Of a stretch of 64,000 nucleotides of DNA, positions 13,037 through 26,400 are shown one piece after another. A program made the position numbers and the translations under genes. Positions within the stretch are counted from its first letter, which is position 1, and the number at the start of each line of letters is the position of its first letter. Source of the DNA: Trichosphaerium sp. ATCC 40318 (taxonomy: Eukaryota > Protista > Tubulinea); contig JALMLS010000354.1 of assembly GCA_038496445.1 (NCBI GenBank), forward strand, positions 496,001 through 560,000. Direction: 5' to 3'. The notes under the pieces were generated by a model, which worked only from the letters and a program-made list of their open reading frames with translations, was not told the origin of the DNA and searched no databases.

Positions 13037-13478
13037 CTATAACTGTTGTTCGTAGCGTGTTACAAACATTAACACTATCGTAGCGCTACTTTGTGCATCT
13101 GCAAGAGGAATTGCTGCGTCTCGAATGTAACCACGCCTGAAAAATGCTTTCGTTACTCTCATTATTAGTGCGACGCGTAAATCAAGGCCTTTGTCTGTTG
13201 GCAATTGCAAAGCCCACTTATCTTCCTCGCTGATAAATTTAAACTTTAACACCTTACTTACCCGTTGTGTTAGTTGCAATTCAAGCACGTAATACGCTAC
13301 ACTTACTTTTTTTTACAAAATACTTCACAAGTCGCTTCTAATTGATTTAGTATATCATCAGGCACTGGCGCTGTAATATCTATCCGTTTACGGCCAACTT
13401 GAACAACTACAACGTCAGCAACTTCCATTGATACTGCTCTCATATCTGTAGAGCGTGGTGTGGCAGAATCATCCATTT
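13037..13478 (-). CDS. Hypothetical protein
   Basis: MDDSATPRSTDM... joins ORF 13037-13288 through one A-run frameshift. The 3' end is uncertain. Confidence 0.4.
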
Positions 13479-13898
13479 TGTGTTGATTTTCAGCTATTGT
13501 ACGCTTTTGAGAGATTGATAAAATTAGGTATTCCAGAAAACCGAATTAACTTAATGGCGTTACCCTTAATTGGAACTGGTTAATTGTTATGTTCGGTACT
13601 AATGACATTGAATGAAACATACATCAGGATTAGTGCATTCACATAGGCTACACATATTTTCGAGCGGAATTGACAGTATCCAAACCGGGAGTCTTTTGAG
13701 TTCGTTGTACCAATTTCGCGAGTATGTCATAACAAACCCATCCTTATGAATGTGATCAAATAGATGTTATCCTACAGATACACGAACGTTGTACATGTAG
13801 GGGCAACAGCGAGCGTGGGGTGGACAACACCTTTTTCTCTTGTTCTTTTTTTTCTTTCTTTTTTTTTGAAGGTTGTGCTCACGTGTTCACCAAAAGGG

Positions 13899-14124
13899 CA
13901 AGAGGAAATAACATACCTATTATTTTGATGGTAATAAAAGTGACCTAGAAGATGAAAGAAAGGTATCTAAAAAAGAAGGACAGAATTTGCAGAGCATTCC
14001 GGATGTATGTTTTTTAGAAACATCAGCAAAAGACAGCATTAATATTGATGAAAGCTTCAATCATATCTTGAAAACAATCATATTGAATATAAGAAATCCA
14101 AATACCAGTTGTACAACAGTCTAA
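13899..14124 (+). pseudogene. Ras/Rap/Rab-type small GTPase, C-terminal fragment
   Basis: With two frameshifts it reads IPIIL-GNKSDLEDERKVS...FLETSAKDSINIDESF...CTTV* (G4, G5, CAAX-like end). No G1-G3 motifs seen upstream. Confidence 0.7.
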
Positions 14125-14255
14125 AAAAAAACACACAGAAAAGTACTCTGTTATCTAATGTAGCAATTTAAATATAAAGTGATTGTTGTTAGTGTATTGT
14201 TTTATATTACATCTCTTTAGAAACTAACAAAGTACTCTAACATACGTTTATTTAG

Positions 14256-15102
14256 TTACACTTCAGTATAATTGCCACGCTTTCCTAGAGAGTTGTTTTA
14301 GTGCTACAAAGGTTTTTAGAAAGGTATGTTACCTCGATTTACAATAAACATGACACCGTCCAAAACAAGGCCAGGGAATCCGAGCCAAAACTCCTGTACC
14401 TGTTGTCAATGATAAACAGAAACGTTCTATAACGTGCAGTGTTTGGGAATATTGTTCCTGTCCCGCGAGCAACATTGTAAAATATTCCTCCAACAATGTA
14501 AAGTACAACACCGACCAATAACACAATACAAAGAATAGAACCAATACTGATTCTACCGCCTTTCTCTACTGGAACATCGCTACTAATAGCACACGCAGCG
14601 TATGACTCAGCGGTAATATGAATGTTCGAGGAACGGTCTTCAATTTTCAAGTTATCGAGCTCTGAGAGCAAGTCAATTGGAATTAAAAAAAAACAGTTCA
14701 AAAAAAATGCTAGCGAGTCATTAATCACGTGCCTCCAGCACCTTTTTTGCATAAAATTTCAACTGAAAATAGATTAGTTTGTTTACATCATACTTAGTTT
14801 CGAACCTATTGCACTCCTTCCAAATTCGCCTCCGTTGTATCTGATACCGACACCTCTACCACTTGATAAACCACTTACGCTCACTGGAACGAAGTTACCA
14901 ACAACTGCCTGCGGAAAATGTCAGGTGGTTTTCAAAACAAATCAGTCGCTCAATCGAGCTATGAATGGTCTAGTACGCTTCTAAACATGTAGAACCACAC
15001 ATTCCAATACTGTCATTTTGACTGGAAGCTCTAGATTATCAATAAAAAAGATAAGCAAAATCTATTTTTGGTTAGAATACCCCATGTTGTTGATATTAGC
15101 CA
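14256..15102 (-). CDS. ATG27 / cation-dependent mannose-6-phosphate receptor-like type I membrane protein
   Basis: IRYNGG...VEILC...AAC, then TM segment GSILCIVLLVGVVLYIVGGIFYN, PNTEFW...LDG and C-terminal YTEV*. Contains two GC-AG introns. The 5' end is uncertain. Confidence 0.75.
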
Positions 15103-15475
15103 TAGTTAATTGAGTTAATGTGTCTTCTGTTGAGATCAATGTTGAGCTTCGGTCTCACGAATTCAAACGCCTGAAATGATTACATATTCATCCATAAATT
15201 CCAGCGATTTTTTTTTGTTTGATATCGGAAGAAAGTTGAAGTTTGCAATGTCAGCTTTGCAACTGTTTACACTTTTTAAGGACAACAACACCTTAGCGCG
15301 TTCATTGAAAGAATTGAAGTCAATTTTGTTAGAGTTTGTGGTTAGAGGCTCTCTACTCAAAACACGTGACCATGTTGAAAAATTAAAGAAAAAAATAATA
15401 CAAAAGCAAAGCTGTTTCGAAAAAAAGCAACAACTGAGCCCAACAGCTTAAGCATATTCTATTGGGTCTATTTAA

Positions 15476-16680
15476 ATGTCAAAGCGCACTGCTGTTACAT
15501 TCCACAAATCCCCAAACCCCGTTTTCTCAATACCAGAGCTAGTGTGCCACGTAATAGAGTTTGTAGATGAAGTTTCGGATGTAATGGCATTATTGGGCGT
15601 AACGGCAACGTGTTGGCAAATAACACATTCCAAATCGCTATGGAGAGATATGTCTCTTCGATTTGGTATTGACATTGACTGCCTTGCTACTCTCGCATTG
15701 ATAGAATCTAATAATATTTGGCGATCTCTATTTATACATGGTACATCAGTTAGATCGACAAAAAAAACCTGTCTTCATTCACTGTCAGTCTCTTGTAGTC
15801 TCATTGATAGTGCATGTTACAGTTCCAATATGGTGAATGGCCTTGTAATAGAACAACACAACTCATGTCTCACCAAGCCAGAACACTAAACTACTTTACC
15901 ATTTAATCCACTGCTATTAATTATGAATTAGGTGTATACAGGTTTGCTATTGGCAAATGTGCCTCTTGTAATTCAGATTGGTACAGGGTTGTCGTAACAT
16001 CTGTCATAGTTTCAAAAACAAACATAGAAGTATCTGTTGAGCTAGAATACAACAAAAAGAAATATCCTTCTCTCATAAACTTATTGGAGCGGTTGGACAC
16101 CCCAATTCATAGTAAGCTTGCTAGTAGTTTAACTAACTTTACTTACTCTGAAGTGCCACATATTTTATACATGATTGGTACATTTGGGATGGTGGAGAGA
16201 ACTTGTAACAACTATGAAGGGAGTGACTTAAATCCACGAAAAGGTGTGTTCAGCAAAACAGTTTTTTTACTATTTGCTACTTCTCTGCCGGGATTATTTC
16301 TTATTTAAATGTAAGGTACCTTCTTTTTCGATTCAAATATTCCACAAGATGCTGTTGGTGTTTTGTTTGGATTTGATCATGGGTATGTTAAGCAATCTTA
16401 TCAGAATGTTGATTGTCTTCAATCCAAAGTCCTTATAAATGATAGGTGTTCTGAAGCTCAGATACTGTCCTGTAATGCTGAAACAAAGAAATACTCTGTA
16501 TACACAAACTGGCCGCCTTTTGTAAATGAGTACTGGATATAACAACGAGACATGGTGGTAGAAACATAGTTGCAAACAAAGAACAAACAAAGAAAACTGT
16601 GTCCACTTAGACTCAAAACACTTGTTGAAAATGAATTCTTGTCAAATCAATGTACCTTTTTATAAAACTCAATAAACTTG
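15476..16680 (+). CDS. F-box-like protein
   Basis: VFSIPELVCHVIEFV...VTATCWQI...LWR is F-box-like. Downstream exons are fragmentary. Confidence 0.55.
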
Positions 16681-17536
16681 TGGGTGTGACTCTTTACCGA
16701 GCGTTTGAACGAGCTAAATGTAGATCTTTCTACTAACCAAAATGAATCTAGGGCAAGCACAAGAATGAAACAGGTTCGTGACAAGTGTATCCGACAGCAA
16801 CAATTGGTAAAAAAAATTGTTTGCTCAACAGTGTTTTAGACCTTGCTTTATCAGGTCTTTCTTCGCACTCCTACAATCCAAGACAGGCAAATAGTGGCCC
16901 ATCATGTTAGCTATTAACCTCCTTTGCATCGTATTTTATTGGCATAAATGTACGAATTCGCTTTCGTACCAAGAGAAACTTCCATCAACCACTCAAGAAA
17001 ACTACAACGTCCATTCTGTTAAAATAAAAAGAACAACTTTTTTAGCAGTGGAACTTTCGTAGTTGTAATCTCATCTGGGGCAGTACTTGTAAATGCGCCA
17101 ATTTAAGAACAGTGTAAGTGATATGAAATGCGTATATGTAAACTTCGTTGCGATTAGAAAACTAAGCAAATGATTCGAACAAACCGTTTTTTTGTCTTTT
17201 ATTTTTATTTTGAATTTGAACCACATGACACTATTGTTGACATTAAAAAGGACAACCTTTGTCTAAATACGCTGTTGGGCACTACTAACACTAGGTTAAA
17301 ATCACGTGCTTCGTATCAATAAAAATACCGTCCCTTTCCTAACCCAAACGCTAGGAAATAAGAATCTCAAAATAAAACGAAAACACGTGATGAATTAGCC
17401 TTATTTTGGAAGTAACACTATCTTGCGCACCAACAGTGGGCTAGCGCCAGCAAGTGTTTACTAGCGCGCTAGTTTTTGGTGAAACAACATTTGTTTTTTA
17501 AACTTTATCGTACCACAAGCGCAACAACTGCCGAGA

Positions 17537-19021
17537 ATGACTAGAAGTCTCTTCGTCACGCTTGTTATCGCATTTTTATGTAGTTATGTGCTTGGCACGT
17601 GGAACACTCCAACCATTACCGACAACAATCACTATTGGAAACAACAGATAAACGCTGGTAACGTTCAACGAGACTGGGGAGAACAATTCTCTGCTCGAAC
17701 AAAAGCTGACTTAACAGACTGGGTTGATCGAACCGGAGACGGTTTCATTGGTCGAAACAACCAGCACTTTAAGCCCGATGGCACGTTTCTTGGTGATACA
17801 AGAGGGCAAGACAACAATGATGGCTTCTTAACACTAAGATGTGGTTACTTACCTTCAAACGAACACTACACGTGGACATACAACGGGCAACAACAAACTG
17901 TTAAGTGGTACTCTGGTTTCTTTAATACAATCGATCCTGTTTGTATTCCACAAAGATTTTATGAGGCTAGAATGCGTGTATCAGCAGTCGGAAACAACGC
18001 AGCTGAAAACCTCGCTCATAGTTTTTGGATGATTGATAGAGGTCCTATTGGCGCCGCTGAGATTGATGTCACAGAGGTGGTACCCTTTGAACCAGATCGT
18101 ATGCCTACGAACGTACACAGCACCGACAACAATATGGGATACAGAGCTCCAATAACTTTGGATACAGATTGGAACTACTACGGGATGTTGGTTGAACATG
18201 ACAATATTGAATGGTTCTTTAATGGTAGACGTGTTCGTAGAATCATCAAAGTAAACGATAACCCTCTACAGTATCAATCTCTTCCAGATAATAAGTTACA
18301 TTCTGGACACACAGCAACACAACTATTCTATATTACAAGATCAGCTAAGCGTATCATTTTTGACCAAGAAGCTCTTCATGGACCTATTCCTGGAAATCCA
18401 CCTAACTTTAGAGACTCTAGATTTTATGATCTGCAAGTTGACTACGTCGCTAGATACACAGTAATAGGTACGCACCGAAAACTCATGATACCTTTGTTTG
18501 TAAATGGATGCTTTTAATAACGTTACTAAGGTCGGCCTCCACCTCCACCCTCTCCGATACCACCACCTGTAGGCGGTATATTCGCGTTGAGGAAAGGGAA
18601 CGCTCTTGACTTTGCCCTCGATGGTGGGAACGGAGGTGAAAACAATCAGAATGTTTATTTGTGGAAGTATAGCAAAACAAATGCAAACCAACACTGGATA
18701 GAGGTCAGCAGAGATAACAACTACTTTTTGTTACAAAAGAGGAATACACTCTTTTGTCTGGATGGAGGAAACGGTGGAAGCAATGGACAGAACTTAAAGC
18801 TTTATCAGTGTAACTACGGAAACGGAAACCAACAATGGAGAAAAGTTTCAATAGGAAATGGAAGATTTAGATTAGAAAAAAGAAACGCAGCTGCTTACTC
18901 TATTGATGGTAACAATGGTGGTTTTAATTCACAAAATGTAATATGTAATAATGTAATGTAATATTTGTGGTCTTCAAATAACGGTAATCAAAACCAACAG
19001 TGGCTGTTTGAAAGTGTTTAA
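17537..19021 (+). CDS. Secreted glycoside hydrolase family 16 with C-terminal ricin-B (QxW) lectin domain
   Basis: Signal peptide, GH16 catalytic motif EIDVTE, Pro-rich linker, three NQxW ricin subrepeats. One intron at about 18468-18529. A 21-nt insertion carrying an in-frame stop lies at 18941-18961. Confidence 0.85.
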
Positions 19022-19206
19022 TCACGTGCTTCTAAATAAATAGTTATAGAACACATCAAGTTGTACTTCTTGTCTCCTTGCTTTGTTACTACTTTAGTAA
19101 CAAAGATTCTCATTCTCACCAATATCTGTTCAGATACCAATAGTTCATTTGGTTGAGTCATATAGATATCGATCTAATAGAGTACAGCTGAAGTAATTTT
19201 AGTATT

Positions 19207-20935
19207 TTACAATGAATACAATAACTTGGCATTCTCGTTTAATATCTTAGACCCAATTGACTTTGCTTCCTCTAATGTCAAGTCACCATCTTGTATAAGA
19301 TCGTCTAGTACATCAGCAAGATTTTCAATACCTGTCAAAGAAAATAATGAGAAAAAAAATTAACGCTGAAAAAAAACAGTACCTCGTTTAACACCAATAA
19401 AAAACAGCTCTGGAATTTGAGAAGCATCGGTTGAAAACATTATTTTCGACATCGGAGCGAGTTCTAGTAGTGATTTGTATGCTTGTTTAATGCCTGTAAA
19501 CATGAGTAATCACTCACAGTCAAGAACTCAATGTTGAAGGTTGGAACTTACCAGATTTAGAAGCACATAGCTGTACAAGACCGCAATCCAAGTATACATT
19601 ATCATATACTGACGCTAGATAACTAGCTTCACGTGTATAAGGATAACTTGCTAATGTAATTTAAGTTAAAACTCTACAACAATTAAACCCCTAACCATGC
19701 AATAGTACAACAGGAGCGTCTTTGTACGCCTCATTTTTAAGCAACTTGCGAAGATGAAGTGGATTTGCCTTGAAAAAAAAATCACGTGTCAGCCAAAAGG
19801 TGCTTCGCTTTTTACAAAGAAACTTCGTACATAAAGAAGGTCTTCATCTGTATCTCCTAGTCCTGTATGGAACTTGCTCAAGGCGTCAGTTTCTTAAGGT
19901 ATTCTTGTTTGGATTTTGTACCTGTATAGGCAGCTTTAATGCAGCTGAAGCTGCCATACCCTTGTGGACGATGTACGCAATGAAATCCTTATGTGATATC
20001 CTTGTTGATTTTCCTGATTTTTGGTTTTCCTTCAGCTCGTTAAAGCACGCTCTAGAATAGGCTTTATTAGCTGATATACGTATTATGAGGTACAGTCGCA
20101 TACTCAACAAGGTTCTGTGGTGGCATTTCTTCAACGTTTAGGCCCGATCTGTAAGCACAAATGGATTTGAAGCCAACTTTGTTTATGTTTAGTATTTGGC
20201 GATAAAAGTGATGGGTTAACGTACCAACATTATTTGGTGGCGAATTGATGAGTGCTGTGAAGGTTTTGTCGAATTCTACAAATGACTTTGATTGTTTTGC
20301 TGTTTCTTCTGCGACATGCTGTTAAAGTACTGTTAGCGCGTAGGTAAGATATACTGGACGTCTATTTGAACCTGAACGTACTTCAAGTCTCAAAATGCGC
20401 TTTACACATCTAACGAATTTGCCGTGGTCTTCTGTTGCTATTACCGTACCTGGTATGAAGCCATCGTCGATTAGAAGTGTATCAATCTGGTTAAAGTTAA
20501 TCGCAACGGAAAACTTTTTAAAGCTTTCGAAAAGGTCCAGTTTGCGTTAAATAGCTTCGTACGTTGCGAAAGCAAGCGGAATTTAGTTCATCTGTAGAAA
20601 AAGAGCACCTCGCTTTAAGAATCTCTTCCTCTGTAACGCCTATGGACTCAAATAGTACTGCAAGCTAAAATAAATAAGGTTTGGCAACTAACAAACAAAA
20701 GTTACCTCTTTTAGAGCACGGGTATAACTGAGCGTCGTTCTCGCGTGTTTGACCTAGTTACAGTGTCAATAAAGTGATTTGACGTATAAAAACTCACCAT
20801 GGATAAATCAGAGCACTCACAGAACATTAGCGGGTATTTAGCTTGTAAATCGTCATCTTTGAGTACTGTGAGATTGTGGCAGTGTTGATCAATAATTGGA
20901 ACACTGTTTAGGTGCTTCAGCAAGTTGTTTGCCAT
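19207..20935 (-). CDS. FluG/NodGS N-terminal-type amidohydrolase (no glutamine synthetase domain seen)
   Basis: PIIDQHCHN, LLIDDG, RILRLE, GFKSICAYRSGL, LPIQVHTG, ASYLASVYDNVYLD, KIMFSTDA. Confidence 0.85.
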
Positions 20936-21311
20936 GACGGATAAATTTGGAGTTCACGAAATATTAAGCCACTTTTGGAGAAAAGGCACGTGCAGTATTT
21001 TGTAGAATATATCAATGGATAGGTTGCGTTCAAAACCAAGGATACTGTCGCACACAAACCGTTAAGGTTAAGCAAAGCATGACCTTTTACCATGTCTGTG
21101 GTTTTTTATGGCGTACAAACCTGGTTTTATGGACGCTCGAGAGGATGTCAGCGACTTAACGTATAAGTCAACAGGATCTCAGGCTTCGTGACCAAGCGGT
21201 CAAGAGATAGGTTCTCCAATATGTGTTGTTTGTAGGAGCCAATGTACGATAGGAATCCAACATTGATGCAAAAGGAAACGGTATCTACTTTATTGGATAG
21301 TTTGCTACAAA

Positions 21312-21789
21312 CTACATAATAATACAACAAAAAGGCTTAACTTTCGTTATTGCCTGGTTGGTAATATGCATCTCAAGACCATCTCCATTATTTACACCAA
21401 CTGATTTCAGCTGAGCTTCCTTTTCTAAAACACCACCTTTGAACATTATTTTCGTGATTGTAGGTGTTTGCGACATCTTTATTTTTGCTTGGCGCATGTG
21501 AGTTGTTTGGCCTCTACCTCCAAGGCAAACTGCCACCGCTTTCACTGCGTCAGCACATGTGCCGTCTTCTGCTAGAAAAACATCTACCGTTTGCGCTAGG
21601 TATTTGTTAAGAAAGCTTGCATAAACTAACAACACGAAGAAAAGGTAGGATACCTCCACCTAAACCAAGCCCTGCTCCGATTCCAGTGCCTCCTGATATT
21701 AGTTGCGCGTAAGGTCCGTTAGGCAGACTGTCAGTGAAGTTAATCTTAGCGATACAAGTGCTGTTTATCTCTGTTTTTACTTGATGCAT
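21312..21789 (-). CDS. Ubiquitin-like domain protein with C-terminal CAAX motif (CCIIM)
   Basis: Two exons. KIMFKGGVLEKEAQLKSVGVNNGDGLEM matches the ubiquitin-fold pattern. Ends CCIIM*. Confidence 0.6.
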
Positions 21790-22280
21790 TGCCGTCTGAG
21801 TATTTGTTTGTTTGTATTGGTTGTATAATTGTTAGCAGCTCACAACGGAATAAGTAGTGCAGTTTGTTAGTTCAGAGAAATATTCCTATACCCGATACCT
21901 TCCTGCTTACCCAAACGTAATAGGAACTGTTCGTAAACGTTAATACAGAGTAACGATGGTACCTACAATTGTTTTGTAGTTCTAAAGTCACGTGATTGAT
22001 CGCAATGAATGTGCTTGTTTCTTTGTTGGGTACCCGAAACCTAAGTATTACTGGTTATTGCGTAGGCATCTAAATGCTTAAGGTTTATACTCACTCAAGA
22101 TAAATTTTAAATGAGGTAAATTCACTAAGTGATGGCTTTTTTTTATAGAGCAATGCTGATTTAGCGACATTTTGTTACTTAGTTTACTGTGCTTGACTAT
22201 TTCTGGTTAACACGTTAATAACATTAACGATAGACGAAATAACCTACAACTCCCGAAACTAAAAGGCTGTTGTACTACAC

Positions 22281-23132
22281 ATGACAGCGAAACGTGAGGT
22301 ACCCAAAGTTCAAAACGAAACTGCATCTTGTACTTACCATCAAGCTTAGATTAAACCCTCAGACTCTGCTCTAGAACAACCGTATTTGTTGAATCTTCCA
22401 CTTGAGCTTCAGCTGGATATTATAGAGCTAGACTTTGAAGTATACGTAAAGTGGCCTCTCTTATCTAAGCGCACAGCGACTGCGACCAGATTTAACTATT
22501 ACCTTGAAAAACATGGTAAATGGTTTAAAAAAAAGGGAGGCTACGATGGCCACATTATCGAAGAGAATACTTATTTACACGGTAAAAGAGAAGGACAATT
22601 CAAGAAGTGGAATTGTAGCAATGTACTGATTGAAAAGTGTAATTTCTATAACGACGTCATTCACGGAGATTACATGTCTTGGGACGTAAATGGTTACCCA
22701 AAGTATCAACTTCAATACGTACACGGTGTTCTCGAAGGAGAGGCCAAGTATTGGCGTGATGGCCAGCTAAGGTTCGTAAAGAATTATGCGAATAACAAAC
22801 GCGAAGGAGAATACAAATGCTGGAACGCAGAAGGTCTTCTGCAGCGTCACTTTCATTACGTTAATGGTAATCTTGAAGGAGAGGCAAGGCACTGGTATAG
22901 TAACGGACAAATATACGCACTAATACGATATGTTGAAGATAGTCCTTCAAATGAGTATACGTATTGGTACAACAACGGACAGATGCGGAAACAAAGTAAG
23001 TCTAAAAAGGGCAGAAAAGGTAAAGAAATCATTGATATTCGCACGTGGTGCCGTAACGGGCAGAAAAGGCATTGCAAGCGCAGAAAAAGGAGAAGCCGAC
23101 GTAATAAACCATCTAACGTAAAGAATCTATAA
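22281..23132 (+). CDS. F-box-like plus MORN-variant (YwqK-like) repeat protein with basic C-terminal tail
   Basis: A short first exon (MTAKRE) is spliced to LLNLPLELQLDII. Repeats of GxxEGxxKxWxxNGQL. Confidence 0.8.
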
Positions 23133-23433
23133 ACTAAGTTACAACAAATAAATTGAAGTTTACCCAGTTTACCCTATTGTGTAGCTTTTTTTCAGTTTTT
23201 GTTCATTGTAATTACAACTTCACACTTTAATGGCCAAAGAGCACAAGCAAAGACATACAGCTGGCCGTCATATCAGCACTTGTCTTGAACGAGAAGAAGG
23301 ATGTCAACTCTTTGCCTATGCCATTTTACGTACTTTGTAAAAAAAGGAGTGGATGTAAACTTAGAGTAGCTGCCGAAAAAACTTTATTGTTGTACAAGAT
23401 TAATTTTTTTGTTGTTTGTTCAGTCATTTACTT

Positions 23434-26400
23434 CTACAAGTCTACTTTTACGTCTTGTGTATCTACTATTTTTTTGAGTCGTGTTATCTCTGCTTCAAGG
23501 TCTGCTATTTTAGTGTACAAGTCTGATTTAGCGGTATCCATCACTTCCAGTGATTTATTGTTTTGAGAATGTTTCGAAACATTGAATCTAGTGCCTGTGC
23601 TTCCTGTAGCACTCTTAATTGTTTGATTCATATAAATCATCTTTGGTATGAGTATAGATAATATAGATACAAGAGGTCCAAGAAGAAAACATAGCGATCG
23701 AATAATATAAGCAACTTTTCTATCTTCTCCTCCAGCAACAAACTAAAATCAAAAAAAGAATTAGTTTTACTCTCACTGAAGCTTTCTTTAAAAACTTTTC
23801 TTACGCCTAGTATAATCACAAGAACTATGAAGAAAGCTAGTGTATACACAGCGAATCCTATAGACCTAGGATAGTGTTAGTATCAACAGAGAAACAACAT
23901 TCAAAAAATCTTGAAGCAGAAACATACTTTGATTCGTTGTAGAGTACTGACTTTAAGTGCCAAATCCTAACGACATAGTACATTCCAAATAACAGTACTA
24001 TCATCTAGATTATATAGCATAAGCAAACAACGGTCATGAAGAAGAGTGACTTACATTCAAAGAAATGCCAACAATTACAAAAATCAAATCAGTGCTCGAA
24101 AATCGACACCTGAAGTAGTCGTCTGATAGAACATATCTATCATTTTCTATCAACACAGCTTCTCCCGGGCTTACGATAGTCCAAACAGTCATTAGAATTA
24201 TATTTACTGCTACTATAATAGCGACAATCGGAATTATCATCATGTCTGTTACTTTGAATATTTCAAGCGTTTTTACCAAGAAAATTTGAGCAATCCGATA
24301 AATACGTGCAAACAAAGCACCATAAAGGAGCTAAAACTAGTTAGTACACACTTACAGGTAATCAAGATCTGCGAAAAGGTGAAACGTACAGCGAATCCGA
24401 TGCTTGGGAACCATCTTACAAGAGTACAATGAAGGTTTGATGTGTGTAAGCTCCAGAAGAATACAGTACAATACATTATTATAGAACCAACCTTGCAGTA
24501 AAATAAGCAAAAAATGATCAGTTTCGAGGTCGTTACGTACCATTGCTATGACTACAAATATCGGTTGAGAAGCTCGAACAATTTGATGGTTTCTGTATAT
24601 TAAAAACCAAGTAATAAGTCCAAGAGTGAATATAATAACAGCAATAGTAAGAGCGGCCATTACGTATTCGCTAGAGTACACTAAAAAATATAAGAATAAC
24701 GACGTGAAACTTTGCGTTGGGTTTTACGTTGATAGCAAAGAATCACGTAGGGTTTAATTGCGGCTACATACCATACCAACCATAAGTTGTAATTCTTTGC
24801 TTCCATGTTGGCACAGGATAGATAATAGGATTGGTTATAGAAACAAGAGGTATCAAAATTTGTGGTTTGAGGTTCTCGTCATATTGAAGTGAAACAGGAA
24901 TTATACCAATATTCTGTCCATACACATCAAATTGAACAGGTCCTCCAGCTCCTTTGATACTTAAACTATTTATTGCCATTCTTATTGCTTCCGGATCGGT
25001 TGACCTAAAATAGAAACAATTAAGAAAAATTTAAGAAAAACATAAAAAAACCGCTTCAAATTATCACGTGATAACCAACAAAGCAAAGTTGCTATTCTAG
25101 ATTATTTTACCCTGCAGTCTCCACGCCATGTTGAACTACATAACCAGCCATGTAGGCTATCATAGCATACGAAATATCGAATCTAGCATCTGGAAAACGT
25201 TCTTGAAATTTTCTTTCAAATATTCTTGCAGAAGTTTCAGTGCCATTACTAATAAAGTGATGATAAGACGCTTGATCTAAAGCATTCTCATCGAATTGAC
25301 TTCCTCTCAGTCGCGGATCCCACTGAAATGATAAACAACGTTAAAAGCCAAAATAAGAAAAAAAGGCTATTCGTACGACTGCCCCTGAACCGAATATGTA
25401 ACGACCGTCTTCTTTGAGTGTTGAAGGTATTCTCGCGTAACAAGGATGAGGCATAATAAACGCCTATGCGGTATAAGTAGGAATGATGAGAACCAAAAGC
25501 GCAAGTGATTTTAAGTCTATCTAACCTTCGCATTAAAATCCATTTCTTTTGCCAGTTTCATAAAGGTTAAGCATGATGTAAAACTAGCCCCAATGACTAT
25601 ATCTACCGCGAAACAATCTTGAGTATTCATTACATTAAGATACACATACCTGGCTTTTTAATTTTTAATTTGTTGATAAACTCTATAAGTTCTTGTCGCT
25701 CTTTCTCTGGATTGGCAGTCACGTTAACTAGTCTCAAAGTCTCCACCAATTCCATGTCTGCAAAATCAGTAGTACGTTGTGTACCACGCGCTATTTCTTC
25801 AGTAATTGCGATATCTATAAAACAGATGTTGTAAGAACACCTTAGTTGAATTGTTTTTGTCATTTTTTTCTCGAAATACTCACTTTCATAAAAAAGAGCT
25901 GCTTTTTGGCCTCCATTTGTCTTGAGCAAGTTGATAACATCGCTAACGAACTTATCAACGGGGAACGACTGTCCAACACTCCAAGGAAACCTTCTACCAT
26001 AAGGTACTTCGCATGGATATAGCATATCCTCATCACAAATGAAAGCGTTAACGGCGGAAGTGATCACTAATATTGTTGTCGTTAAGTCACGATATTATTC
26101 ACAAAGAAGAGAACATTTAATCATGTTCGTACACATGTTTGAGTTAATCGAGTGGTTATGAGCAACCTTCGCAGCTGCGACACCGAGTTCTGTCGTGAAT
26201 GGCTAATAGGAGTTAAAAAACTGCAAAATACTTCACGGGTCCTTAGATCACGCCCTAAAGCGCCCGTTGTGGTATAAATCTCAAATGCTAAACACGAAAA
26301 AAAGTGGTTTACAACAGCTTTTGCGCTTATAAAAGTTAAACACGTGCCAAAAACAGGTAGTCTGGTTTATAGTCTAATATAAGCTCTTCTGTTGCTTTCG

